From an uncultured Eubacteriales bacterium (GTDB taxonomy: Bacteria > Bacillota > Clostridia > Oscillospirales > CAG-272), in assembly GCA_934447715.1 (NCBI GenBank), contig CAKSER010000003.1, positions 42,307 to 106,306 on the forward strand: DNA of 64,000 nt, given 5' to 3'. The position numbers and the translations under genes are program-made. Below, piece by piece: positions 9,718 through 19,300 of this stretch (positions are counted from its first letter, which is position 1; each line of letters opens with the position of its first letter). The notes beneath the pieces were generated by a model, which saw nothing but the letters and a program-made list of their open reading frames with translations, ran no database searches and was not told the origin of the DNA.

Positions 9718-10245
9718 ATGGACAGACAGTATAAAATATTAGTGCTGAACGGACCGAATCTCGGCGTGACCGGGATCAGAGAGCCGTCGGTGTACGGATC
9801 AAACTCGCTTGAGACGATTAATCAGTCGATCGAGGAGGCGTCGAGAACGCTTAACGTAACCCTCGAATTCTACCAGTCAAACCACGAGGGTGCGCTGATC
9901 GACAGGCTGAACAGACTGCTTTACGACAACGTGCTTTCGGAGGAAACAGAGGAAAATCCGGATGAGCTCGAAAACGAGGGCGAAAGACCCGACAGAATCG
10001 ACGGAGTTGTAATCAACGCAGGAGCGCTGACGCATTATTCCTATGCCCTGCGCGATGCACTATCCGCCTGCGGAGTTCCGTGCGTCGAGGTTCACATGTC
10101 GAATGTCGCGGCAAGGGATGAGTTCAGGCACAAATCGGTTATCGGCCCTGTCTGCCTCGGCTCGATTGCCGGCTTCGGAGGCTTCAGCTATCACTTGGCT
10201 CTTGCCGGCCTTGTCGAATATTTAAGAAATCAGTACGACAATTAA
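9718..10245 (+). CDS. aroQ: type II 3-dehydroquinate dehydratase
   Basis: 175 aa. ILVLNGPNLG...REP..YG, QSNHEG and INAGALTHYS motifs. Carries an acidic insertion of roughly 25 aa (about residues 68-93). Confidence 0.9.
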   Translation: MDRQYKILVLNGPNLGVTGIREPSVYGSNSLETINQSIEEASRTLNVTLEFYQSNHEGALIDRLNRLLYDNVLSEETEENPDELENEGERPDRIDGVVINAGALTHYSYALRDALSACGVPCVEVHMSNVAARDEFRHKSVIGPVCLGSIAGFGGFSYHLALAGLVEYLRNQYDN

Positions 10246-10370
10246 GACCGTGCAGCTGTGCACAAAATAAGCAAAGAATCGCACATCTGCGGCGTGCAAA
10301 CGAGACGCGCCGGATGAATCTTATAGAATCTGATAAACGTATAAACCGAAAAAAATGACGGGAGGGCATT

Positions 10371-10916
10371 ATGACATACATACTTCTTGCAGACGGATTT
10401 GAGGAAATCGAGGCGCTTTGTCCGCTCGATCTGCTTATAAGAGCCGGAATCGAGGCGAAAACCGTTTCGATAGGAAAGAACCGGCTTGTGACCGGCACTC
10501 ACGGGATCCGGATAGAAGCGGATATGCTGATGTCGGAAATCCCCTCGGATGTCCTTCCCGAAATGGTCGTCCTGCCCGGAGGAATGCCGGGGGCATCGAA
10601 TCTTGATAATTCGGATGCGGTAAAGAACATGGTAAAGGAAGCATATCTTCGCGGAGCCTATGTTGCGGCAATCTGCGCAGCTCCCTTCATACTCGGTAAG
10701 ATGGGGATTTTAAAAGGGAAAAAGGCAATCTGCTATCCCGGCTTTGAGGATGCGCTTGAGGGAGCGGAAATATCTAAAGACAAGGTGGTTCGCGACAAAA
10801 ACGTCATTACCGCCGCAGGCATGGGTGTTGCTATCGAGTTCGGATATGAGCTGATCCTTGCGCTTAAGGGCAAGGAGACAGCCGACACCGTGATGAAAAG
10901 AATTCTTTGGGGGTAA
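10371..10916 (+). CDS. DJ-1/PfpI family protein
   Basis: 181 aa. Nucleophile-elbow context AAICAAPFILGKMGILKGKKAICYPGF. GGGAGGG SD present. Confidence 0.85.
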   Translation: MTYILLADGFEEIEALCPLDLLIRAGIEAKTVSIGKNRLVTGTHGIRIEADMLMSEIPSDVLPEMVVLPGGMPGASNLDNSDAVKNMVKEAYLRGAYVAAICAAPFILGKMGILKGKKAICYPGFEDALEGAEISKDKVVRDKNVITAAGMGVAIEFGYELILALKGKETADTVMKRILWG

Positions 10917-10918
10917 AA

Positions 10919-11503
10919 ATGACTTCTATCAAGCTGCAAAAGAACGAGATACGAAGCGAGCTGCTTCGCGTCCGCTGTGAAATTCCGCCAAAGGAAAAGG
11001 AAACTGCGCAGGAAAGGATCGTAAAATCCTTCTTTTCGCTTGCCTCGGTCAGATATGCAAAAAACATCCTGCTGTATTCCCCGATAAACGGCGAGCTTGA
11101 TGTTCTTTCGCTTGCCCGGACGGCGGTCGGGATGGGAAAAAGAATCGCGTTTCCGGTGTCGGATCCGAAGGAACCGAAAATGGAATTTTTCTTTGTAGAA
11201 AACCCGGATCAGCTTAAAAAGGGCGCGTTCGGAATAAACGAGCCGGCAGACGGATGCGAAAAATACACTCTTGACGGCTGCTGCGATGTTTGTGTCGTTC
11301 CGGCGGTTTCGTTTGACTGCAGCGGACACAGGCTCGGCTACGGCAAGGGCTATTATGACAGATTTCTCTCCGGCTTTAGGGGAGTAAAAATCGGGCTTTG
11401 CATGGAAAAACTGCTAAGGCAAAAGCTTCCGTCCGGCAGGTTCGATATCCCGATGGATGTTATCATTACCGAGAGGAGGGTGATGATACCGAATGAAAAA
11501 TGA
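10919..11503 (+). CDS. 5-formyltetrahydrofolate cyclo-ligase
   Basis: Motifs GAFGINEP and VVPAVSFDCSGHRLGYGKGYYDRFL. Start set to ATG 10919 (MTSIK...); the track start at 10907 is an upstream TTG. Confidence 0.85.
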   Translation: MTSIKLQKNEIRSELLRVRCEIPPKEKETAQERIVKSFFSLASVRYAKNILLYSPINGELDVLSLARTAVGMGKRIAFPVSDPKEPKMEFFFVENPDQLKKGAFGINEPADGCEKYTLDGCCDVCVVPAVSFDCSGHRLGYGKGYYDRFLSGFRGVKIGLCMEKLLRQKLPSGRFDIPMDVIITERRVMIPNEK

Positions 11504-12866
11504 TCTTTTTGATATAAACTCAAAGGAGTTCTGGGACGACGAGGCGGACGAAGCGGATGAAAAAGGCGAATCCGACAGGGAAGAGACCGACGAGGATTCC
11601 GAGATTTTCGATTCCGATGTCTTTGACCTCGATAAGCTCGGTTTAAAAACGGCAAACGCCGATTCGGATGACGAAGAGGACGAAGAAGAAGCAAAAGAAG
11701 CCAAAAAGACAAAAAAGGCAAAAAAAGAAAAAAAGTCAGAAGATAAATCGAAAGCAGGAACCGATGAAAAGGTCAAAAACGAAAAAAGCCGGAAAACGGA
11801 TTTTGCAGCCTTTGCCGCCTCTAAGGGCATAGGAAAGGATTTAAGCTCAAATGAAAGCAAAAAGCCGATTAAGCCGACGGCGGCACTGACCGCTCCGCTT
11901 TTCGTGCTTGTGCTGTTTGCTCTGCTTATCGGAGCAAGATATCTTGATATAAATAAGATTGTCGGAGAGGACAGCATTTATATTACGATGGTTGTCCTTC
12001 AGTTCCTTGTTCTTGTGATCCCTGCGATATTCTTTTGCAGGATCAAGGGGGCGGATTATGTAAGAAAGCTTAATATAAAGCTGTTTTCGCCGGGAAAGCT
12101 CGGCTTTGTGATCGCCGCGGCGATCGTAATGATCTCCGGAACAACGCTTATCCGGCTTGCGCAGCTTTACATCTTCAAGCGCACCGATTTCACCTTTTCG
12201 CTGTATTCATATACGCCGCAGACGGGGGTTGGGGGATTTAACTCGCTTTATCTTGCAATCGCTTTTGCAATCGTCCCGGCTGTGACCGAGGAGCTGATCT
12301 TCCGCGGAATAATTCTTACCGAATACAACTACGGCGGATATGGGAGCGTCTGCGCGGCGGTGATTTCCTCCGCACTGTTTTCGATGCTTCATTTCTCTGT
12401 TGCAAACCTCGCGGTCTACTTCTTCGGAGGTCTGATCCTTGCACTTGTGGTTTACAACACCCAGTCGCTTCTGCCGGCAGTGATAACACATATGATCTAT
12501 AATCTGTACATTCTCTTTGCGGAGAGCAGTATAATAAGAACGCTGATGCGGCCGTCGAGCATGGTTTTCCTTGTCTTTGCGCTTGCGCTTGTGTTCATCG
12601 TGTCGCTTATTGTGCTTTTAAGCGAGGCGGAGAGAATCAACTACGGATATGCAGTGACCGGACATCCTACGCCGGACTATAAGCTTAAAAGAGCAGAGGA
12701 CGGCACAACTCCGGATGTTGCGGCATCCGATACCGGTGACCCGGATGCGGTTTTAAAAAAGGAATCCTTCGGAGAGAATTTCCGGCTGGTTCTGACCGCA
12801 GCATTTTCGCCGACATTTCTTTTGTGCATCGTTGTGTTTGTTGTGGCGGCGCTCGGATTGATTTGA
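11493..12866 (+). CDS. CPBP family intramembrane glutamic endopeptidase (CAAX protease-like) with a charged N-terminal extension
   Basis: 457 aa. Motifs EELIFRG, FSMLHFS and ITHMIYN. The N-terminal ~120 aa is Asp/Glu/Lys-rich low complexity. Overlaps the upstream stop by 11 nt. Confidence 0.8.
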   Translation: MKNDLFDINSKEFWDDEADEADEKGESDREETDEDSEIFDSDVFDLDKLGLKTANADSDDEEDEEEAKEAKKTKKAKKEKKSEDKSKAGTDEKVKNEKSRKTDFAAFAASKGIGKDLSSNESKKPIKPTAALTAPLFVLVLFALLIGARYLDINKIVGEDSIYITMVVLQFLVLVIPAIFFCRIKGADYVRKLNIKLFSPGKLGFVIAAAIVMISGTTLIRLAQLYIFKRTDFTFSLYSYTPQTGVGGFNSLYLAIAFAIVPAVTEELIFRGIILTEYNYGGYGSVCAAVISSALFSMLHFSVANLAVYFFGGLILALVVYNTQSLLPAVITHMIYNLYILFAESSIIRTLMRPSSMVFLVFALALVFIVSLIVLLSEAERINYGYAVTGHPTPDYKLKRAEDGTTPDVAASDTGDPDAVLKKESFGENFRLVLTAAFSPTFLLCIVVFVVAALGLI

Positions 12867-12923
12867 TAAAATACACTAACCTCTGGCAATTTTTATTGCA
12901 GCTATAGGAGTCAATAATATATT

Positions 12924-14855
12924 ATGACAGAAAATCAGAATAATTCGGAAAAAGGAAGAGAGACCGGGGAGATCATCTCGATTGCTGCCCATCGCAGAAG
13001 CGATCAGGGCGCAGGCGGTACTGCAGGTACGCAGGGTGTATCAGGCACGCAGAGCAGAAACTACCCCGAAAGAGGCTCTGCGCCGGTTCACCGCCGCGCA
13101 CAGAGAACCGTGTCCCGTACACCGGGACAGGCTGCTCCCGGACAGGCGGTGGGTCAAAGCTCCGCGCAGAACGGAGCAGGGCATCAGGCAGACCGGCACG
13201 CAGGGCAGACAGTACAGGGTCAGCCGTCAGGGCATAAGATGGGGCAGCCGGCACAGCATACGGCACAGCCGGCAGGACATCAGGCAGGGCAGGCGCGGCA
13301 GGAGTACGTACAGGCAAGGAGAAGCGGTGCGGATCCCGTAAGAATTGCAAGGGTCGGCGCACAGGCTGCAGGCGGCATGGGATCAAACATGGCATCCGGC
13401 CAGAACGGCATAAACGGCGCGAAAAATCCGAATGCGCAGAGTGCAAATGCACAGAACGCCTTAAATGTACAAAGAAACAGTCAAAGAGCAGACGGAAGGG
13501 AAATTACAGAGCGCAGAAGCGCGGACTCTGTGCCGGCAGATGCGACGGTTGTCCGCCCGGCAATAAGACCGCAGGCAGACAGAAGCTCCGCTCTGCATTC
13601 CGGAAGCGCAGGCAGACCGGGCGGCGGCAGAGGCAGTACCGACAGAGGTGTGTCGAAAGCCGGATCCGGCTCGAGAAACGGACTTAAGGCCAAAAACGTC
13701 GGCAAAAAAGGCACCGGTAAGGGCGCAAACGGCAAAAAGAAAAAGGGAGAGGACAACACCGCGCTTTCCAGCCTTGTAAAGGCGATTATCTATATCACCT
13801 GCGTGCTTGTGGTGTCCGGACTTCTCGGATATTTCGGAATCAGCATCGGAAACGATGTCTTTGCGTTTGTAAAGGACGACTTTGAGGTGTCGATTACGAT
13901 GTCGGAGGCGACCACGCTCGATGAGGCGGCGGATATCCTGCACGAAAAGGGAGTAATCAACTACCCCGGCATCTTCAAGTTCTATTCCAAGCTCAGAAAG
14001 AAGACCTGGCAGCCGATCTCCGGCGAATGCAAGGTTTCCCCCTCAATGAGCTATGACGCGCTCTTTGCGGCGTTCCAGTATCAGAAGCCGGAGGCGACGA
14101 CCGTTTCGATAACGATCCCGGAGGGCTATACGGTCGACGAGATCATCGATCTTTTTGTAAATAAATATAATATCGGAACAAAGGAGGGCTTTGTCGACGC
14201 GATACAGAACGGCGAATACGACTATTGGTTCGTAAAGGAACTCGATAATAACGCAAAGCCGGGAAGAAAGTACCGTCTCGAGGGCTATCTTTACCCCGAT
14301 ACCTATTATTTCTACTCGACCGCGTCCCCGACCTCGGTAATTTCAAAGATTCTTGACAACTTCAATGTAAAGATGAGGCAGGTTCTCGGCAAGGATTGGG
14401 AGACGACCTGTGCGGAGCTCTGCGCAAAGCGGAATATGACCTTTGACGAGATCGTTATTCTCGCATCGCTTATCCAGATGGAGGCAAAGTACGAATACGA
14501 GTACGAGGACGTATCCGCAGTATTTACAAACCGTCTGAATAACCGCTCGATTTCAAACGGTCTGCTCCAGTCGGATGCGACAATTCAGTATTTCCTTGAT
14601 GAGCGCAACGAGGATCTGACCCAGGATCAGCTCGATACCGATAATCCCTATAACACATATCTGTATCCGGGACTTCCGCCCGGACCGATAACCAACATTA
14701 CGATAAACGCGATTAACTACGCCTTCTACCCGTCGGATGCAAAATACTGCTACTTCATAGCTCATCCGGACGGATATACAATGTTCTCGGTCACCTATTC
14801 CGAGTTCCTTGCAAACAAGGCGATGATAAACGAGATAAAGGCAGGAAGAAAATAA
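12924..14855 (+). CDS. mltG: endolytic transglycosylase MltG (YceG-like) with a ~285-aa disordered N-terminal region
   Basis: 643 aa. A single TM segment (AIIYITCVLVVSGLLGYFGI) is followed by YceG motifs EGYLYPDTYYF, LQSDATIQY and NPYNTYLYPGLPPGPI. Confidence 0.85.
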   Translation: MTENQNNSEKGRETGEIISIAAHRRSDQGAGGTAGTQGVSGTQSRNYPERGSAPVHRRAQRTVSRTPGQAAPGQAVGQSSAQNGAGHQADRHAGQTVQGQPSGHKMGQPAQHTAQPAGHQAGQARQEYVQARRSGADPVRIARVGAQAAGGMGSNMASGQNGINGAKNPNAQSANAQNALNVQRNSQRADGREITERRSADSVPADATVVRPAIRPQADRSSALHSGSAGRPGGGRGSTDRGVSKAGSGSRNGLKAKNVGKKGTGKGANGKKKKGEDNTALSSLVKAIIYITCVLVVSGLLGYFGISIGNDVFAFVKDDFEVSITMSEATTLDEAADILHEKGVINYPGIFKFYSKLRKKTWQPISGECKVSPSMSYDALFAAFQYQKPEATTVSITIPEGYTVDEIIDLFVNKYNIGTKEGFVDAIQNGEYDYWFVKELDNNAKPGRKYRLEGYLYPDTYYFYSTASPTSVISKILDNFNVKMRQVLGKDWETTCAELCAKRNMTFDEIVILASLIQMEAKYEYEYEDVSAVFTNRLNNRSISNGLLQSDATIQYFLDERNEDLTQDQLDTDNPYNTYLYPGLPPGPITNITINAINYAFYPSDAKYCYFIAHPDGYTMFSVTYSEFLANKAMINEIKAGRK

Positions 14856-14863
14856 AAATCAAA

Positions 14864-14893
14864 GGGGAGCAGTGTCTCTGCTCCCCGATTTTT
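14864..14893 (+). terminator. intrinsic terminator after mltG
   Basis: GGGGAGCAG-tgtct-CTGCTCCCC followed by GATTTTT. Confidence 0.75.
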
Positions 14894-15075
14894 AGGTGCT
14901 GCCGGAGAACAGATCGCGCATTGCAGGCGCCGCTTTTGTACTTGAATTTCCGGGCTTCCGCCCCTTTGCGGCATGAACGGCTGCGGATATTGCAACAAAA
15001 TCAACAAGAAGCACGGCATAAATCATTTCCAAGTTGTTACGGGAGTGAAAAATTTTAAATTTTTTATAAAAAACC

Positions 15076-15104
15076 TTGTAAAAGCAGGAAAAACAGAGTA
15101 AAAT
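15076..15104 (+). promoter_or_regulatory. sigma-A type promoter for gap
   Basis: TTGTAA-17 nt-TAAAAT, preceded by an A/T-rich UP-like tract. Confidence 0.55.
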
Positions 15105-15154
15105 ATCAATTTGGAAAGCAAAATATTTTCTATATATTATAAGGAGATAAAAAC

Positions 15155-16186
15155 ATGTCAGTTAAAGTAGCAATTAACGGATTCGGAAGAATCGGACGTC
15201 TCGCATTCCGTCAGATGTTTGACGCAGAGGGCTATGAAGTTGTTGCAATCAACGACCTTACCAGCCCGAAGATGCTCGCTCACCTTCTTAAGTACGATAC
15301 CGCACAGGGAAGCTTCTGCGGAAAGATCGGCGAAGGCAAGCACACAGTAGAGGCAACAGAGGATTCCATCATTGTTGACGGAAAGGAAATCAAGATCTAC
15401 GCAGAGAAGGACGCAAACACCTGCCCGTGGGGCAAGCTCGGTGTTGATGTTGTTCTCGAGTGCACAGGATTTTACACCTCCAAGGAGAAGTCGATGGCTC
15501 ATATCAACGCAGGCGCAAAGAAGGTTGTAATCTCCGCTCCTGCAGGAAATGACCTCAAGACAATCGTCTTCAACGTAAACCATGACACCCTTACAAAGGA
15601 TGACCAGATCATTTCTGCTGCATCCTGCACAACAAACTGCCTCGCACCGATGGCAAAGGCACTCAACGATGCATATCCGATCGTTTCCGGTATCATGACA
15701 ACAGTTCATGCATACACAGGCGACCAGATGATCCTCGACGGACCCCAGAGAAAGGGCGACCTCCGCAGATCCAGAGCAGGCGCACAGAACATCGTTCCGA
15801 ACTCCACAGGCGCTGCAAAGGCAATCGGTCTTGTAATTCCGGAGCTTAACGGCAAGCTCATCGGCTCTGCACAGAGAGTTCCGACCCCGACAGGCTCTAC
15901 AACAATTCTTGTTGCAGTAGTTAAGGGCAAGGACGTTACAAAGGATTCCATCAATGCTGCAATGAAGAACGCTGCAACCGAGTCCTTCGGCTACAACACA
16001 GACGAGATCGTTTCCTCCGATGTTATCGGTATGAGATTCGGCTCTCTCTTCGATGCAACACAGACAATGGTATCGAAGATCGACGACGACACCTATCAGG
16101 TTCAGGTAGTTTCTTGGTACGACAACGAGAACTCCTACACATCCCAGATGGTTCGTACAATCAAGTACTTCGCAGAGCTTGGTTGA
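15155..16186 (+). CDS. gap: type I glyceraldehyde-3-phosphate dehydrogenase
   Basis: 343 aa. INGFGRIGR and the active site SCTTNCLAP. Strong SD AAGGAGA. Confidence 0.97.
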   Translation: MSVKVAINGFGRIGRLAFRQMFDAEGYEVVAINDLTSPKMLAHLLKYDTAQGSFCGKIGEGKHTVEATEDSIIVDGKEIKIYAEKDANTCPWGKLGVDVVLECTGFYTSKEKSMAHINAGAKKVVISAPAGNDLKTIVFNVNHDTLTKDDQIISAASCTTNCLAPMAKALNDAYPIVSGIMTTVHAYTGDQMILDGPQRKGDLRRSRAGAQNIVPNSTGAAKAIGLVIPELNGKLIGSAQRVPTPTGSTTILVAVVKGKDVTKDSINAAMKNAATESFGYNTDEIVSSDVIGMRFGSLFDATQTMVSKIDDDTYQVQVVSWYDNENSYTSQMVRTIKYFAELG

Positions 16187-16209
16187 TTTTAAAGCCTTAT
16201 AAAAACACA

Positions 16210-16251
16210 GACGGCGGAGGCTGCATGAGCGCAGCTTCCGCCGTGTTTTTT
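16210..16251. terminator. bidirectional intrinsic terminator between gap (+) and the MORN gene (-)
   Basis: GACGGCGGAGGCTGC-atgagc-GCAGCTTCCGCCGT, flanked by an A-run and a T-run. Confidence 0.75.
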
Positions 16252-16355
16252 ATTTTCCGATTCGGCATTTCCGATCCTTCGGGCATTTAATTGTGCTTTC
16301 ACTTTCGGGATTCTGACCGTTTTCGATGCCCTGATGCTCTGATGCCCCGATGCTC

Positions 16356-19300
16356 TTACATCCGTATATCCGACCGGCTGCCCTGCCAATCGGTAACCGC
16401 TACGTCGCCTCTCGGGTCGAGGTCAAAGCTGTCGCACCGAAGGATGCTGCCGCTGTAGAGCATATAGGGCCGGAACATATAGCCCTCCTTGCTTCCGATA
16501 AGATAGAGCGTTCCTCTTCCTTTTCTTCTTGAGCCGTGGAATTCGCCTATATAGTATTCCGCCCATTCGACCCCGTTTTCAAACCACAGGGATATCATTC
16601 GGCAATCGCCCTCGGGAAGGCAATTCGAAGTGAAATTGTCGCTTGCTATGATGTACGGATTGTCGCTGTTTGCCGTGATGCAGACACCTGTTCCGCACGG
16701 AGCGTCGTTTACAAACTGTCCTACATAGCAGTCGGTAAGCTCGCTTGAATTTATATTAGCAAACCGGATCTCGCCGAATCCGCTTTTTGATATATAGGTG
16801 GTATTCCCGACGCGCCTTTCGCTTACGGATCCGACATAGCGCGCGCCGTTTTCACAGTCTATCACCCTCGGTCCGTTAGGGGAGGGAAGAATGCTGTCGT
16901 TGCTCCAGCGCTGACCGCACCAGCTGCCGTTTTTTTTCGTAAGGAAGATTCCGTGGCTGATACCGTCAACAAACTCGCCGATATTTACCACGCCGTTTGC
17001 ATATTCGTATCTGCCGAAGCCGTTATAGCGGTTGTCCTTCCACCATCCGCGGTAGACATCGCCGTTTTTGTAGGTCTGCTCGCCGTAGCCGCATCTTTTG
17101 TCGTCCTTCCAGAGCCCTTTGTAGATTACTCCGTTTCCGGCATCAAGAACACCGTAGCCCTCGTAGCCGTTTTGGTGAAAGCCGCCGGTGTACTGCTCTC
17201 CGGTGGCAAAATGATACACTCCGTGCCCCTCCCGCAAGCCGTCGACCACCGATCCTCTGTAGTAATCGCCGTTTTCGTACTCGATCAGCGTTTCGCTTTC
17301 GTCCGTATCCTCGTCGTCATCATGGGTGTTATCATCATCGTAACCGCCGTCATCGTCTGCTTGATACATTTTTGCATTCGAGCCGGGCAGATAGCCTTTA
17401 TCAAGCAGATCTTCAAGCTGACCGTCATAGTAGCCGAAGCAGCTGTCGTAGTTGCCGTCGCAGTCCGGGATAAGCGGATCGTTGAGATTGCCGCTTTCCT
17501 GCAGGCGGAGCATTGCGCATAGGAATACGCAGTCGTCATCGCCGTATTCGCAGGATACCGTGAACAGGTCGAACAGCGGATCAAAATAGTCCGGGTCGCC
17601 TGTATCCTTGAAAAGGAAGTATGCAAAATTTGCAAGATAAGGAGCAAGCTTCACATTTTCGGTATAGGCAGCGGCGCGCATCGCCTTAAGGATGTATTCC
17701 TTGTCGGTAAAGCCGTGAAGAAAGTCGAGCTGGTCGATCCATTCGGCAAGCTCGTCTTGATCGATGCCGAGAATGCCGGAAATCAGCTCTCTGGATTCCT
17801 CATAGTCGGATTCCGCAAGCGCCTCGCGCAGCTCGTCTGCAAACGGACGTAAATATAGGCTCGAATTGCCGATATAGCGGTCGCGCGGATCTAAAAACAG
17901 CTCCGGGCTGACAAGCTTTTTCTGAAGCTCGCTTATAGAGGAAAACTCCTCCCATTCGTCTGATGCCCGGTCGGAATTCGAATCTCTCGTATCGGAAAGA
18001 CCAACGCTCTGTGACCCGGATCGACCGCTCGCATAACCTCCTGACATATTGCTCGGCATGCTGCCGTAATAGCTGTCCTTTGCGCGCCGCCCGTCCTCGA
18101 CAGTCTTTATGCTCTCGTCATACGGAATGCAGGTTTCAATCGCTCTGCCGTCCTCGTAAAAATCGATGTAGCTCTTGCCGATCTCTCCGTCGCGGTGAAG
18201 GAAATGCCACACAAAGAGCCCGCATTTTCTGCCGTTTACCCACTCGCCCTCATATACCTTATCCATGCCGGCGACACTTCCGTTACCCTCGCGGCAAATG
18301 CCGTGTCCGTGCTCCCTGTTGTCAAGCCACTCGCCGTCATAGCTGTATTTTATAAATATCTCGCCGGCATTAAGAGCATCCGGACCGGCTTTGCCGTACA
18401 TGACCATCCTGCCCACACCGCATCTTTTGTCGTCCTTCCACTCGCCGTCGTAGACATCTCCGTCCGCCCAAATGTAAACTCCGTTGCCGTACCTGCTTCC
18501 GCTCTGCCACTGCCCTTCGTATCTGTCGCCGTCCTTATAGATCCGCTTGCCGTAGCCGTCGTATTTGCCGTTCTTAAAGCCGCCCTCATATACCGAGCCG
18601 TCGGCAAAGCAGTACTTTCCTTCGACCATCATGCCGTCAAGCCACTCGCCGTCAAAGGACGCTCCGTTTGACCAGCTGATTCTTCCCCTGCCGCATCTCT
18701 TGCCGTCCTTCCACATTCCGTCATAGACGTCGCCGTTTGCCCAGGTGTATTTTCCGCGGCCGTTCTTTTTTCCGTTAATGAACCAGCCCTCGAACAGGTC
18801 GCCGTCAATTTCAATCCGCTTGAATTCTCCCTGCGGCTCGGATTTGTCGGACGTCGATTTGTCGGACGCAGAAGAAAAACCGGTACCGGAAGCCGCGCCT
18901 GCTCCCAACGTGCCGGATAAAGCAATCGAGGCGGCGGTGCTGCTTATCGCGCCGCTCTGCCTGCTGTCTGCCCCCGATGAGCCTGCCGCTTTGTCTTTGG
19001 AAGCACCGATGCCGTCCGAAGCCCCATTTACCGAAGTCTCACTTGACGAGGCGCCGCTTGCCGTATTGCCGCCGTCCGAAGTGCCGCCTGCCGAAAGAAT
19101 GTCCTTCAGAGCCTTTCTTACAAGCGCACCGGATTCATCCGATGAGCGCAGGGGCTGTACCGCTTCAAGCGCCTTTGCGTGATCCTTTTTGCAGCCGAAA
19201 AAGCCGTACTCATACGCAAGCGCAAGATATGCAATGCAGTCGGGATCGGTCGGATCGCTTTCGTGAGCTGCGCTGAAGGTGCGGAAGGCAAGCGATGTGA

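Noticed and set aside
12973-13943. Several 90-160-aa ORFs on both strands inside the 5' third of mltG
   Set aside because: They are artifacts of a GC-rich low-complexity coding segment. Their products are Arg/Pro-rich, with no SD or independent signals.
16953-18671. Multiple 130-190-aa plus-strand ORFs
   Set aside because: They are antisense shadows of the MORN-repeat gene. The repetitive Gly/Tyr/Asp codons leave the opposite strand open.
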